A stretch of DNA of 64,000 nucleotides, taken from the NCBI GenBank assembly GCA_934163035.1, contig CAKPJX010000001.1:17294-81293 (forward strand), given 5' to 3'. This document shows positions 38,870-48,957 of this stretch, in pieces. The notes under the pieces are model-generated. The model searched no databases and was not told the DNA's origin. It worked only from the letters and a program-made list of their open reading frames with translations. The translations under genes and the position numbers were made by a program. The DNA comes from an uncultured Bacilli bacterium. Its GTDB lineage: Bacteria > Bacillota_I > Bacilli_A > RF39 > UBA660. Positions within the stretch are counted from its first letter, which is position 1, and each line of letters starts with the position of its first letter.

Positions 38870-40522
38870 TTATACCTCCTGAATAACAGTAATAATCATT
38901 GGCTTAGCGCCAGTTTCTTTATAGAAAAATTGTCCTAAAATCTCTCTAACGTCATTTTTAATCTTAGAATAATCTACTCTTTTAGCATTAAACTCAATAT
39001 TATTTTCAATTGCCTCACGTGCTATTAGTTTAGTTTCTTCTAATAAATCTTGACTTTCTTTAACATAAATAAATCCTCTAGTTAAAATTTCAGGTCCTGC
39101 TAAAACTTGTTTAGTATTTCTATCTAAAGTACAGCTAATAATAACTATACCACTCTCGCCTAAAATTTCACGATCTCTTAAAACCAAATCACCAATATCT
39201 TGTTGGCTCTTTCCATCTATTAATATTTCATCAATGTCAATATGTTCAACAGAATTTGTATTCTCACCATTAATCATTTCAAAAACATCACCATTCTGTT
39301 TTAATACAATATTCTCCTTAGGTATACCAAGTTCACCTGCGATTTCAGCATTAGCATATTGGCAACGATATTCACCAATAACTGGGAAGTAATACTTTGG
39401 ATTCATTAAATTAATCATTAGCATCAAATCTTCTCTAGAAGCATGATGTAATAAGTGCTTTTTACTAGATAATGAAACAGCATTAGCACCTAGCATTGAA
39501 ATATCGTCCATTACTACAGCCATTCTCTTTTCAATACCAGGATAACTAGGTTCAGTTATAAAGATTGTATCTGTATCTTTAATTTTAATATACTTATCAT
39601 ACCCCTTTATAATTCTTTCAAGATTATTAAAAGGCTTTTCTTTCTCATCAGAAATTAAAACTAAAACATCCTTAGCATCCAAATCATTTAAAGTGCCAAT
39701 TCTACTTTTATCAAATAATAAATATCCCTCATCAATAGCATTATTAATTGTATCTTGAAGTTTCTTACCCATAATAACAACTTTTCTATGTGTATATAAA
39801 ACCTCATTAAAAATTTCCTGAATTCTATAAAAATGAGCCGGAAATACTGTTGCGATAATTCTATTACTAGTACCAGATAAAACTTCTCTAATAAAACCCG
39901 CAACACGGTTATTAGGACTTGTATGTCCCTGCTTTTCAGCATAAGTTGATTCACACATTAAACATAAAACGCCTTGTTTACCAACATATGCTAATTTACC
40001 AATGTCAGTTTTATAAGCACCCATCATAGTTGAATCGAATACAAAGTCTCCCGTATATACAATAGCCCCATCAGGTGTATATAAAACATAACAAACCGCA
40101 TCTGGTATAGAATGTGTAACACTAATAGGGAAAATACTATTACGTCCAAAATCAAGCTTATAATGAGGCCTTATCTCCTTAAGCCTAGCCTTCTTAAGAA
40201 CATCCTTATCTAAATCATTTTTTAATATTTCAAGAGTAAGCCTTGTTCCATAAACTGTAACTTCAGGAATTACAGCTAAAATATCTGGAACAGCCCCCAT
40301 ATTACTATCATGTCCATGTGTTAAAAATATACCTTTAATATTTTTTTTATTTTTTATTAAATAACCAAAATTAGGAATAATATAATCTATTCCTAAATTA
40401 AAGTCATTATCATATTTTAACCCGGCATCAAAAACAAAAATATCGCGATCTACTTTAACAACATACATATTCTTGCCGTTTTCATTTAGACCACCTAAAC
40501 TAAAAATTTTAATTTTACTCAT
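38870..40522 (-). CDS. rnj: ribonuclease J
   Basis: Beta-CASP MBL signature: FLTHGHDSNMGAVP, the C-terminal domain, and 550 aa in length. Confidence 0.92.
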   Translation of the reverse strand: MSKIKIFSLGGLNENGKNMYVVKVDRDIFVFDAGLKYDNDFNLGIDYIIPNFGYLIKNKKNIKGIFLTHGHDSNMGAVPDILAVIPEVTVYGTRLTLEILKNDLDKDVLKKARLKEIRPHYKLDFGRNSIFPISVTHSIPDAVCYVLYTPDGAIVYTGDFVFDSTMMGAYKTDIGKLAYVGKQGVLCLMCESTYAEKQGHTSPNNRVAGFIREVLSGTSNRIIATVFPAHFYRIQEIFNEVLYTHRKVVIMGKKLQDTINNAIDEGYLLFDKSRIGTLNDLDAKDVLVLISDEKEKPFNNLERIIKGYDKYIKIKDTDTIFITEPSYPGIEKRMAVVMDDISMLGANAVSLSSKKHLLHHASREDLMLMINLMNPKYYFPVIGEYRCQYANAEIAGELGIPKENIVLKQNGDVFEMINGENTNSVEHIDIDEILIDGKSQQDIGDLVLRDREILGESGIVIISCTLDRNTKQVLAGPEILTRGFIYVKESQDLLEETKLIAREAIENNIEFNAKRVDYSKIKNDVREILGQFFYKETGAKPMIITVIQEV

Positions 40523-40604
40523 TAGTATCTCCTTTCTATATAAAATTAAACTTCATTTGAAAAAGCACAGTAATTATACCATCATTTATAAAAAATTACA
40601 AATT

Positions 40605-41273
40605 TTATTTAATGGCTAGCTTACTTAATGCTTCTCTTGCTGCTAATTGTTCAGCTTCTTTTTTTGAGTTAGCAACACCAACTCCATAAACAATCCCATC
40701 AATTGTAACTTGAACTTTAAACGTTCTATCATGAGCAGGACCGGTCTCTTCTAATAATTCATATGATAATCCCTTTTGCTCAGTTTGAACAAATTCTTGT
40801 AAAGAACTCTTATAATCACTAAAGAAAATAATATTAGGATCCTCAATATATGGCACAATTATTTTTAAAAGAGTCCTTCTAGCTGTAGCATATCCAAGAT
40901 CAAGATATATAGCGCCAAACAAAGCTTCAAATATATCCGCAACAATTGCCTTTTTATATTTTCCGCCTTCTTTTTGTTCACCATGTCCAACTTTTATATA
41001 CTTGTTTAATCCCAAATTCATTGAATATTCATACAAGGCATTCTCACAAACATAGCTTGCTCTAACTTTAGTCATTTCACCCTCAGTCTCACTGTGAAAT
41101 GAATATAAATAATCAGCAACAACCAAATCTAAGACAGCATCACCTAAAAATTCTAATCTTTCATAATCACTCTTAGCTTTATGTTCATTAGCATAACTAC
41201 TATGAGAAAACGCAGTAGCATAAAGTCTCTCATCCTTAGGTTTTATCCCTATTTTATCAAACAATTCTTGCAT
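40605..41273 (-). CDS. rnc: ribonuclease III
   Basis: ERLEFLGDAVLDLVVADYL signature plus a C-terminal dsRBD (GPAHDRTF...SKKEAEQLAAREAL). Confidence 0.95.
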   Translation of the reverse strand: MQELFDKIGIKPKDERLYATAFSHSSYANEHKAKSDYERLEFLGDAVLDLVVADYLYSFHSETEGEMTKVRASYVCENALYEYSMNLGLNKYIKVGHGEQKEGGKYKKAIVADIFEALFGAIYLDLGYATARRTLLKIIVPYIEDPNIIFFSDYKSSLQEFVQTEQKGLSYELLEETGPAHDRTFKVQVTIDGIVYGVGVANSKKEAEQLAAREALSKLAIK

Positions 41274-41400
41274 AATATCACCTCCAACATTATATCAAAA
41301 AATACTTCTTTCGTATACTTATAATTGCTATTTTAAAAGATTTATAGTAAAATTATTGTACAAGATTAATTAACATTAAAAGGTATGAGGCGAATACAAA

Positions 41401-41622
41401 ATGAAGAACATATTAATAAAATTAATAAAGTTATACAAAAAAATACCTGGACCATGGCATAACTACTGTCGTCATATACCAACTTGTTCAAATTATGCTA
41501 TTCTATCATTAGAAAGATTCGGTTTTTTTAAAGGCTCTCTGCTAACAGTTAAAAGGCTTTTAAAATGTAATCCTCTAGGAACAAGCGGCATTGATCCTGT
41601 ACCAGAAAGAATAAAAAAATAA
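41401..41622 (+). CDS. yidD: membrane protein insertion efficiency factor YidD
   Basis: CRHIPTCSNYA and CNPLGTSGIDPVP motifs. Confidence 0.9.
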   Translation: MKNILIKLIKLYKKIPGPWHNYCRHIPTCSNYAILSLERFGFFKGSLLTVKRLLKCNPLGTSGIDPVPERIKK

Positions 41623-41633
41623 GGAGTGATAAA

Positions 41634-42515
41634 ATGAAATATAAGAAATTTTTATTAATTATAACTATAATAACCCTATTATTTACAGTAACGGGCTGTA
41701 GTCAAGATAATATGGATAACATTAATATAATTGTAACAAACTATCCCAATGAATATGTCTTAAAAGAGCTCTATAGTGAACATGCTACCATTTCTTCAAT
41801 ATATCCTGATGGTGTTGATATTGATAACTATAAAATAGGTAAAAAGCAAAAAGAAAAATATGCTAAAGAAGCCTTATTCGTATATAATGGATTAATTGAA
41901 AAAGAAAGAAATCTAGCCTTAGATCTATTATCAATAAATAGTGAATTAAAAATTATTGATACTGCTTACGTTCTAGAAACAGATTATTCTCCTGAAGAAT
42001 TATGGCTTAATCCATCATCGCTATTAATGATGGCACAAAATGTTAAAATAGGATTACAAGAATATGTAACCAGTTCTTACATAAATGATGAAATAGAGAA
42101 AAACTATGAAGAATTAAAAATTAATTTATCAGAACTTGACTCTGCTTATCGACTAACTATTAAAAATACTGAAAATAAAACTATTGTTGTAGATAATTCA
42201 GCTTTAAAATTTCTAGAAAAATTTGATTTAAATGTTATATGTATTGATGCCGATGCTAATGAAAAAACACTTGAAGATGTTCAGAATTTAATCACCAACA
42301 AAGAAATAAGTTATATTTTCTCATTTGAAGGACAAAAAGAAAATAAAAATACTAAAGATTTATTAGAAAAAAATAGTGATTTAAAAGTCTTAAAATTACA
42401 TAAATTAAATAACCTAACAGATAAAGAAAGAGCTGATAAAGAAGATTATATTTCCCTAATGAATAAAAATCTTGAACTTATTAAACAAGAACTATATCAA
42501 CAAGAACAAAAATAA
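41634..42515 (+). CDS. ZnuA/TroA-fold lipoprotein with apparently degenerate metal site
   Basis: Lipobox LFTVTGC and the overall cluster A-I SBP pattern. However, the DPHxYE-, HxWLDP- and HxAFxY-equivalent positions read DIDNYK, ELWLNP and DNSALKF. Confidence 0.55.
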   Translation: MKYKKFLLIITIITLLFTVTGCSQDNMDNINIIVTNYPNEYVLKELYSEHATISSIYPDGVDIDNYKIGKKQKEKYAKEALFVYNGLIEKERNLALDLLSINSELKIIDTAYVLETDYSPEELWLNPSSLLMMAQNVKIGLQEYVTSSYINDEIEKNYEELKINLSELDSAYRLTIKNTENKTIVVDNSALKFLEKFDLNVICIDADANEKTLEDVQNLITNKEISYIFSFEGQKENKNTKDLLEKNSDLKVLKLHKLNNLTDKERADKEDYISLMNKNLELIKQELYQQEQK

Positions 42516-42525
42516 AAATTAAGTA

Positions 42526-42566
42526 AAAAAAATAAAGCCCAATTTTCTAGGCTTTATTTTTTTATA
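42526..42566. terminator. bidirectional rho-independent terminator between convergent genes
   Basis: ATAAAGCC-(10 nt)-GGCTTTAT, flanked by an A-run and a T-run. Confidence 0.65.
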
Positions 42567-42573
42567 TATATAA

Positions 42574-43665
42574 TTATTTACTACTCTTTTTAGCCTCAAT
42601 AAGTTTTAAAAGATCTTCCTTAGAGTTAACTAGTCTCTTTATAGATTCACCATTATGTAAAGCTACTATTATTTTGGCAAGACTCTTAGAACAATTAACT
42701 ACATGTAACCATTCTTTATCTTTAATTTCTTGTGGTATATAAGTTAAGTTAGTAGTATAAAGTTTTTTAAAATAACCTTTTTTATAAGCTTTATCAAATT
42801 CTTCAACACCTGCCGTAAACAAAGCAAATGTCGCAACAAAGATAGTCTCTTTTGCACCTTCTTTTTTTAATTTTTCTCCTACTTCTAAGATTGAAGAACC
42901 AGATGCAATCATATCATCAACTACAATAGTTGTTCTTCCTTTAACAGGAGCTCCCATATAAGCATGTTCAACTATTGGATTTTTACCATCAATAACAGTA
43001 GACAAATCACGTCTTTTGTAAAAGACACCTACATCACTATCTAACATTTCAGCATAATATCTAGCTCTTTCCATAGCTCCCATATCAGGACTTATAACTA
43101 GCATGTTATCTAAATCATTTTCATTAATAATATCTTCAAGTATCGTATGAGTTGGATAAATATTTTCAAAAGGTAAATTTGGAATAGAGTTACAAACACT
43201 AGGATCATGAGCATCGAAAGTAATAATATGTTTAACCCCTAGACGATCTAACTCCTGTAAAGCCATTGCACAATCAAGTGACTCTCTACCTTTTCTCTTA
43301 TGTTGCCTTGATTGATATAAAAGCGGTGTAACAAGCACAATCTTAGAAGCATACCCACTTAAAGCTGAAATAGTTCTTTTAATATCTTGAAAATGTTCAT
43401 CAGGTCCCATATGATGAGTAAAACCATGCATTTCATAAGTAATGTCATAATTTCCAACATCACTCAAAATATATATTTCCTTATCTCTAACAGTATCTTT
43501 TATTTTAATCTTACCCTCACCATTATTAAACCTACTTCTTTCAAGATTTAAAATAAAGCCACTGTCCTTACCTGTAAGCTTTTCAATCTCCTCATTTACT
43601 TGCTCTCCAAGTTCTTTAATATTATCAAGCACAATAAGTTTTAAATTATTCAAATACAACACCAT
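42574..43665 (-). CDS. prs: ribose-phosphate diphosphokinase (long form)
   Basis: DAHD and the PRPP-binding loop TIVVDDMIASGSS. The exact start (ATG, GTG or TTG cluster) is uncertain. Confidence 0.85.
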   Translation of the reverse strand: MVLYLNNLKLIVLDNIKELGEQVNEEIEKLTGKDSGFILNLERSRFNNGEGKIKIKDTVRDKEIYILSDVGNYDITYEMHGFTHHMGPDEHFQDIKRTISALSGYASKIVLVTPLLYQSRQHKRKGRESLDCAMALQELDRLGVKHIITFDAHDPSVCNSIPNLPFENIYPTHTILEDIINENDLDNMLVISPDMGAMERARYYAEMLDSDVGVFYKRRDLSTVIDGKNPIVEHAYMGAPVKGRTTIVVDDMIASGSSILEVGEKLKKEGAKETIFVATFALFTAGVEEFDKAYKKGYFKKLYTTNLTYIPQEIKDKEWLHVVNCSKSLAKIIVALHNGESIKRLVNSKEDLLKLIEAKKSSK

Positions 43666-43704
43666 CCTTCTCTAAAGACATTATAACAAATAAATAAAAG
43701 AGTC

Positions 43705-44976
43705 TCAAGACTCTTTTGTGATAATAAATGAAACTCCCTTTTTTTCATTTTTAATAACAATATCATAATGCATCATATTGAGTGCTTTCTTAACAATAGA
43801 AAGTCCAAGTCCAAATTCTCCTTTAATTCCCTTTCGGAATGGGGTAAATATTCCTTCAAGAAATTTATCATCTATATTTTCTCCGTCATTATATAAAATT
43901 ATTTTATTGGACTTAACAGTAATTTTAATAGTAGTAGTAGCATATCTCATAAAGTTTCCAAGTAAATTATCAAAAATTGTTTCAAAATTTTCAACTGTAC
44001 CATAAAACTTAGCTTTTTTATCAATATCAACTATAAAATTAATATCTTTTCTATAAAATTTAAATTTTTCTATCTCATTATTTATGATACTTTCTATATC
44101 AACTAATACAATTTCTACATCCTTAGAATCTTTAAGATAATCAAGTTTATTTAAGTAAAGAAGTGAGTGTACTTTTTGTTCTAATTTAATAGTCTGTTCT
44201 TTAATAACTTGAAGAGCCTTATCTTCACTCTCCACTTTATCATCAACAGCTTCAATATATGATTTTATAACAGTGAGAGGTGTCTTAAAATCATGTGATA
44301 TATTTTGATACATTTGATTGCGATATTCTTCTTGATTTATTAAAGAAAGTCGCATATCTTCTACTGCCAAGAATAAAGATTTTATCTCATCATCCACTAA
44401 AAAATTAACGCTATGATCATAATCAGGATTATCAATATTATCTATTTTATTTTTTAATTTTTCGATTTTTCTAACTATTAAAGATGACCAACCAGTAAGC
44501 AATAATCCAATCAATAAGCAAGTCACTAAAACTATCGGAAATATTGCACTAAGTATAGCTGTTTTAGTTTTATTAATATAATTATCATTAGAAATAGCAA
44601 TTTTAGTAATAGAACCATTTTTAATAGTACAATAATAATAATTTTTATGTTTATAAGTAAACTTACCTTGATTACTATTAGCCATTGATAATAAACTTTC
44701 TAAACTATCAATCTCTATAATTTCATCCAAATTTTCACTAGCAACTACATTATTATCTACTATATAAATATATGCTATTTCAGTATCAATCAGTTTTGAA
44801 GAAAGATTTCCGTTTACTAACTTTAAAGGTTCTTTTAAGTAACTATAGATATTTTCCTCAGCAACAGGAATAATCATTTTAGGTAAAATAACACCTAAAG
44901 ATATAAATAATAAGACAAACGCAAATCCTACAAGCCAAACAAGTTGTTTTCCAAGTCTATTGCCCATATATCTCAT
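43705..44976 (-). CDS. sensor histidine kinase
   Basis: Two TM helices, the H-box ISHDFKTPLT and the G-box GEFGLGLSIV. It has an ATGA overlap with the response regulator. Confidence 0.88.
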   Translation of the reverse strand: MRYMGNRLGKQLVWLVGFAFVLLFISLGVILPKMIIPVAEENIYSYLKEPLKLVNGNLSSKLIDTEIAYIYIVDNNVVASENLDEIIEIDSLESLLSMANSNQGKFTYKHKNYYYCTIKNGSITKIAISNDNYINKTKTAILSAIFPIVLVTCLLIGLLLTGWSSLIVRKIEKLKNKIDNIDNPDYDHSVNFLVDDEIKSLFLAVEDMRLSLINQEEYRNQMYQNISHDFKTPLTVIKSYIEAVDDKVESEDKALQVIKEQTIKLEQKVHSLLYLNKLDYLKDSKDVEIVLVDIESIINNEIEKFKFYRKDINFIVDIDKKAKFYGTVENFETIFDNLLGNFMRYATTTIKITVKSNKIILYNDGENIDDKFLEGIFTPFRKGIKGEFGLGLSIVKKALNMMHYDIVIKNEKKGVSFIITKES

Positions 44977-45632
44977 ATAAGTCTATACCCATATCCATAT
45001 ATTGCTGAAAGTCTAAGTTTAGGAAGCTTTTTTCTAAGTCTTCTAACCAAGTCATCAACAACTCGATCAGATCCAAAATAATCATTTCCCCAAACTGCAT
45101 TTAATATTTCATCTCTAGAAAAACTTTTATCCTTATTTTTTAGAAATAAAACTAACAAGTCAAATTCCAAAGAAGTCATTTTAATTTCCTTATCATCGAG
45201 TTTTACTATTCTACGAGATGTATCTATAGTATAAGGATCATAACTAATAACATTACTAGTATTATCCCTATAACATCTTTTAATAATGTTATTAACCCTT
45301 AAAACTAACTCTTTACTAGAATAAGGCTTAGTTAAATAATCATCACTTCCAAGTTCCAATCCTAAAATTTTATCAAGCTCTTGATCTCTAGCTGATGTAA
45401 ATATAACTGGAACTGTCTCATCATGTTTTCTAATTTCTTTAATAATGTCATATCCGTTAACGTCATCAGCAAGCATAATATCAAGAATCCAAATATGAAC
45501 CTCATGACCTATATAGGAGATTGCATCACTTCCTTTATTAAAAGTGACTACATTATATCCCGCCTTTTCTAAATAAGTTTTAATTAAACTACAAAGATCA
45601 ACTTCATCTTCAACTAAACAAACTGTCCACAT
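44973..45632 (-). CDS. OmpR-family response regulator
   Basis: Receiver domain (LVEDE...ILDIML) plus a winged-helix output domain (LTSLEFDLLVLFL...GYGYRL). I prefer the start ATG at 45632 after AAGGTGA. Confidence 0.88.
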   Translation of the reverse strand: MWTVCLVEDEVDLCSLIKTYLEKAGYNVVTFNKGSDAISYIGHEVHIWILDIMLADDVNGYDIIKEIRKHDETVPVIFTSARDQELDKILGLELGSDDYLTKPYSSKELVLRVNNIIKRCYRDNTSNVISYDPYTIDTSRRIVKLDDKEIKMTSLEFDLLVLFLKNKDKSFSRDEILNAVWGNDYFGSDRVVDDLVRRLRKKLPKLRLSAIYGYGYRLI

Positions 45633-45662
45633 AAACTTCACCTTTTAATAGTATAACATAAA

Positions 45663-45750
45663 TTTATCTATTCTTCTATCTACTTATATGATCCCTCCTT
45701 AATCTATAAAAACAATCTCTAATTAACTTAATTTATTTATCTATTCTTCT
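45663..45750. repeat. 15-nt perfect direct repeat upstream of the two-component operon
   Basis: TTTATCTATTCTTCT occurs at 45663..45677 and again at 45736..45750. Confidence 0.7.
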
Positions 45751-45825
45751 TTCTTCCTCCTTTCTACTAACAGTATATAACTAAATTACTGTCGAATTAT
45801 CGCACATTTATGGGAAATTATGGGA

Positions 45826-45851
45826 AAAGAAAAAAGACTGCTTAACAGTCT
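45826..45851 (-). terminator. rho-independent terminator after the ylbL-like gene
   Basis: AGACTG-CTTAA-CAGTCT (45835..45851) with a T-run on the minus strand. Confidence 0.55.
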
Positions 45852-46863
45852 ATAAATCTTCTAATAACTTCTTAGCTTCTTTGATATTACTAACTCCAAT
45901 AATTTTGATCTTCAAATTCTTCTTTTTCTTTAATTTAATACATTCCGAATAATTATCACCTTTAGGTACTAAGAATATATCAGCTCCATCTTTAACAGCC
46001 CCAAGTAATTTATATTTTACTCCACCAATCTCTCCAATAGTTCCATCTTCTTCTATTGTACCAGTACCAGCAATTTTTAATGATTTAGTAATATCTTCTT
46101 CAACAAGCTTATTATAAATTGCTAAAGTAGTAATAAGTCCCCCTGAAGGGCCAGACTCATCCTCTTCAAACTTAACTTGAACCACAGGATCAGTTTCATA
46201 ATCTCTAACAATACCAAGGCCTACTCCCATAACCAAGTTACCATTATCTAAATGCAATTTTGCTTTGATAGTCTTCTCTTTCTTTCCTCGAATAACCTTA
46301 ACATCTAAAATATCACTCTCACTAAATGATTGAATATAAGATCTATAATCATCTAAATTATCAAAAGATTTTCCATTAACACTAATAATTTGATCCCCTA
46401 CTTTAAAAGTATTATCACCAGTATTTAGAAGAGCTATAACATATATTTTTGTATCAATAACATTTATCTCTTTATCAGCTAATTTAAAAGCCCATTTAAT
46501 TGCGTTAGCATTAGCCATCTTTAAATCTAAATCATTTCTAAAACTAATATCCTCGATACTTTCACTATCATCATATTTATAATCACTAACAGGCACACTC
46601 TTCCAATCAGATATTACAAAACTAAGTAAGTATGGTGCCAGTCTTCCTTGAAGCTCTGTAACATAAGAAATATTAAAGCTACCCTTACTTTTATAGCCAT
46701 CCTCAACACTAATTCTACTATCTATATCACTAGTACCTCCCCCAACAATTATATAATAATTAACTGGAAACATACATATTATATAGGTAAATAAGAGAAT
46801 TAATATAAATTTTTTTTCTTCAATAACAGTATCTTTAATAGTTTTAAAAAACTTTTTAAACAT
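45850..46863 (-). CDS. PDZ-domain Lon-like S16 serine protease (YlbL/SepM family)
   Basis: N-terminal anchor, a PDZ segment (GDQIISVNGKSF) and a Lon-C-like domain (GPSGGLITTLAIY...IAGTGTI). Confidence 0.8.
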   Translation of the reverse strand: MFKKFFKTIKDTVIEEKKFILILLFTYIICMFPVNYYIIVGGGTSDIDSRISVEDGYKSKGSFNISYVTELQGRLAPYLLSFVISDWKSVPVSDYKYDDSESIEDISFRNDLDLKMANANAIKWAFKLADKEINVIDTKIYVIALLNTGDNTFKVGDQIISVNGKSFDNLDDYRSYIQSFSESDILDVKVIRGKKEKTIKAKLHLDNGNLVMGVGLGIVRDYETDPVVQVKFEEDESGPSGGLITTLAIYNKLVEEDITKSLKIAGTGTIEEDGTIGEIGGVKYKLLGAVKDGADIFLVPKGDNYSECIKLKKKKNLKIKIIGVSNIKEAKKLLEDL

Positions 46864-46903
46864 TATATCACCTTGTATAATTATAACAAAGAAATGGAGA
46901 AAT

Positions 46904-47797
46904 ATGAAAAAAAATTATCAAAATACACTTTTAATTACAATTTTATCTATATTATTAATATTATATTTATTAAATCCTACTTTAATAATAAAGAGTATTC
47001 TAGATTATACTGATCTATTTATAAAAAAACTATTCCCTGTTAGTTTTATTTTCTATATAATATCATCACTCTTAATAGATTATGGCCTAGTAGAATTTCT
47101 AACTAATACCCTAAATTTAAATGGAGCTACATCATATGTTACTATAATGAGCCTAATAAGTGGTTTCCCAAGTGGAGCTAAATATACAAAAGATCTATTA
47201 GATAAAGATCTCTTAAATGAAAAAGAAGCCAATTATTTAATAAGATATACCCATTTCCCAAACCCTATGTTTATATTAGGATCAGTATCAACAATATTTA
47301 TCTCAAAAAAAATCCCCATAATTATACTTATATCACTTGTACTAAGTAATTTTATAATTGCTCTATTCTATAAAGAAAAAACAAGTAAAGTTAAAATACC
47401 ACAAAAAAAAGAAGTAAAAGACTTTTCTACTTCTCTAACAAAAGCTATAACCTCATCAATAAAAATATTAATAGTAGTATATGGAATATCAATATTCTTC
47501 TTTCTAATATCAGTAGTTATTAATAATTATATAAAACTAAGTCCTCTAAACTTTGTTTTAATAAATGGCATCTTTGATCTAACAAAAGGCGTCTTTTCAA
47601 CTCCATTGATACAAAACGATATAATAAAAGCCACTCTAATTATTAGCTTTATATCCCTAGGAAGCTTATCGATTCACATGCAAGTAAAAAGTATTATAAA
47701 CGACTCCAATATAAAATATAAAAACTTTTTAATATCTCGACTAGAACAAATGATACTAGCCAATATTATATTCATTATATTAAATTGTCTCTTATGA
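46904..47797 (+). CDS. ylbJ: sporulation integral membrane protein YlbJ-like
   Basis: Polytopic nucleoside-recognition-type membrane protein with SLISGFPSGAKY, located next to ylbL as in Bacillus. Confidence 0.7.
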   Translation: MKKNYQNTLLITILSILLILYLLNPTLIIKSILDYTDLFIKKLFPVSFIFYIISSLLIDYGLVEFLTNTLNLNGATSYVTIMSLISGFPSGAKYTKDLLDKDLLNEKEANYLIRYTHFPNPMFILGSVSTIFISKKIPIIILISLVLSNFIIALFYKEKTSKVKIPQKKEVKDFSTSLTKAITSSIKILIVVYGISIFFFLISVVINNYIKLSPLNFVLINGIFDLTKGVFSTPLIQNDIIKATLIISFISLGSLSIHMQVKSIINDSNIKYKNFLISRLEQMILANIIFIILNCLL

Positions 47798-48298
47798 TGT
47801 ATAACCTATAGGTGCTGCTACTAAAATACCATATCTTGTTCCAAAGTCTGGATGTATAAATGGAATATTAATAGTCAAAAAATCAGGAGAATTTGTAATT
47901 TCTATTTTACAATCATCAACATCAATTTTAAGTACATTTCCATTAGAAGAATTTTTTCCAAAATTAGGTAGAGGATACTCTATCCCATCATAAATTATTT
48001 TATTTTCGTCTTTCAAGACCTCCAATACTTTTGAAGAACCATCACTAAAGGACATATTCAATTTAGTATCATCCAAAGATTTAGTAGCACCAGTCAACCT
48101 TTTTTTAATAATATCATCCTGTATTTCTTTTGTTAAAAGATTTTTATAAGTATAAATCTTTTCTTTTTCACTTTCTAAAATTTGCTTATTTCTATAAACT
48201 GAAACCGTATTATAAAGTGAAGTTGAAATAACTGCTAACAATACAAAACAAATAAGTATTTCAATAGTAGTTATTCCCCTATTATTTAGTTTTTTCAT
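47792..48298 (-). CDS. prepilin-type (pseudopilin) protein
   Basis: MKKLNNRG/ITTIEILICFVLLAVI with G-1 and E+5. Confidence 0.75.
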   Translation of the reverse strand: MKKLNNRGITTIEILICFVLLAVISTSLYNTVSVYRNKQILESEKEKIYTYKNLLTKEIQDDIIKKRLTGATKSLDDTKLNMSFSDGSSKVLEVLKDENKIIYDGIEYPLPNFGKNSSNGNVLKIDVDDCKIEITNSPDFLTINIPFIHPDFGTRYGILVAAPIGYTS

Positions 48299-48861
48299 TA
48301 TTTATTTCCCTCCATATTTGAATAAGCCATATATTCATGAAAATGACCATCAATATCCTTATATTGCCTTTTCATGCCTACTATAACCCTAAAATTAGCA
48401 CTATAAGTATTATTTTGAGATTTACTATAGTCAGGTAAAAAATTTAAATAATCTTCAAAATCAGGATTACTTTTATCAACATTTGTTTTAAAATCCAAAA
48501 TATTATAAGGAGTAACATAAAAGTATTCTACATTATAATTACTAAATAATTTTGTACATTGCAAACTTAAACTTGGATTAGAAGTAAAAGAATTAGAACA
48601 AAAATTACTTAGTTCAATTGGTTGACCATAAGTGGTGTAATTAGAAAGATGAGTATTAATATCCAAATTACTGTCTTCAACTAAACGTTTAACCCAATAA
48701 GCAGCATATACTCCATCAACGTCATCATATACTTCTCTTTTTTCATACTCGGACATTAATGGATAAAAATTATTAAATACTATTAAAAATAAAGATACTA
48801 CAAACACTGATACAATAAGTGTTTCAACTAAAGCAAATCCTTTATTGTCAAATTTTTTCAC
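48298..48861 (-). CDS. prepilin-type (pseudopilin) protein
   Basis: MKKFDNKG/FALVETLIVSVFVVSLF with G-1, F+1 and E+5. It has a 1-nt overlap with the next pseudopilin. Confidence 0.75.
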   Translation of the reverse strand: MKKFDNKGFALVETLIVSVFVVSLFLIVFNNFYPLMSEYEKREVYDDVDGVYAAYWVKRLVEDSNLDINTHLSNYTTYGQPIELSNFCSNSFTSNPSLSLQCTKLFSNYNVEYFYVTPYNILDFKTNVDKSNPDFEDYLNFLPDYSKSQNNTYSANFRVIVGMKRQYKDIDGHFHEYMAYSNMEGNK

Positions 48862-48880
48862 TTTTTATCAACTTCTTTCC

Positions 48881-48909
48881 TTGATATTATCTTGAATATA
48901 TTATATAAT
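48881..48909 (+). promoter_or_regulatory. sigma-A-type promoter for the GspE/PilB ATPase gene
   Basis: TTGATA (48881..48886), a 17-nt spacer, then TATAAT (48904..48909). The AAAAGGGG RBS follows further downstream, just ahead of the ATG at 48958. Confidence 0.5.
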
Positions 48910-48957
48910 AAAAAATAGATAAATACCATAGAAAAGTAGACAAAAGGGGTTGAAAAA

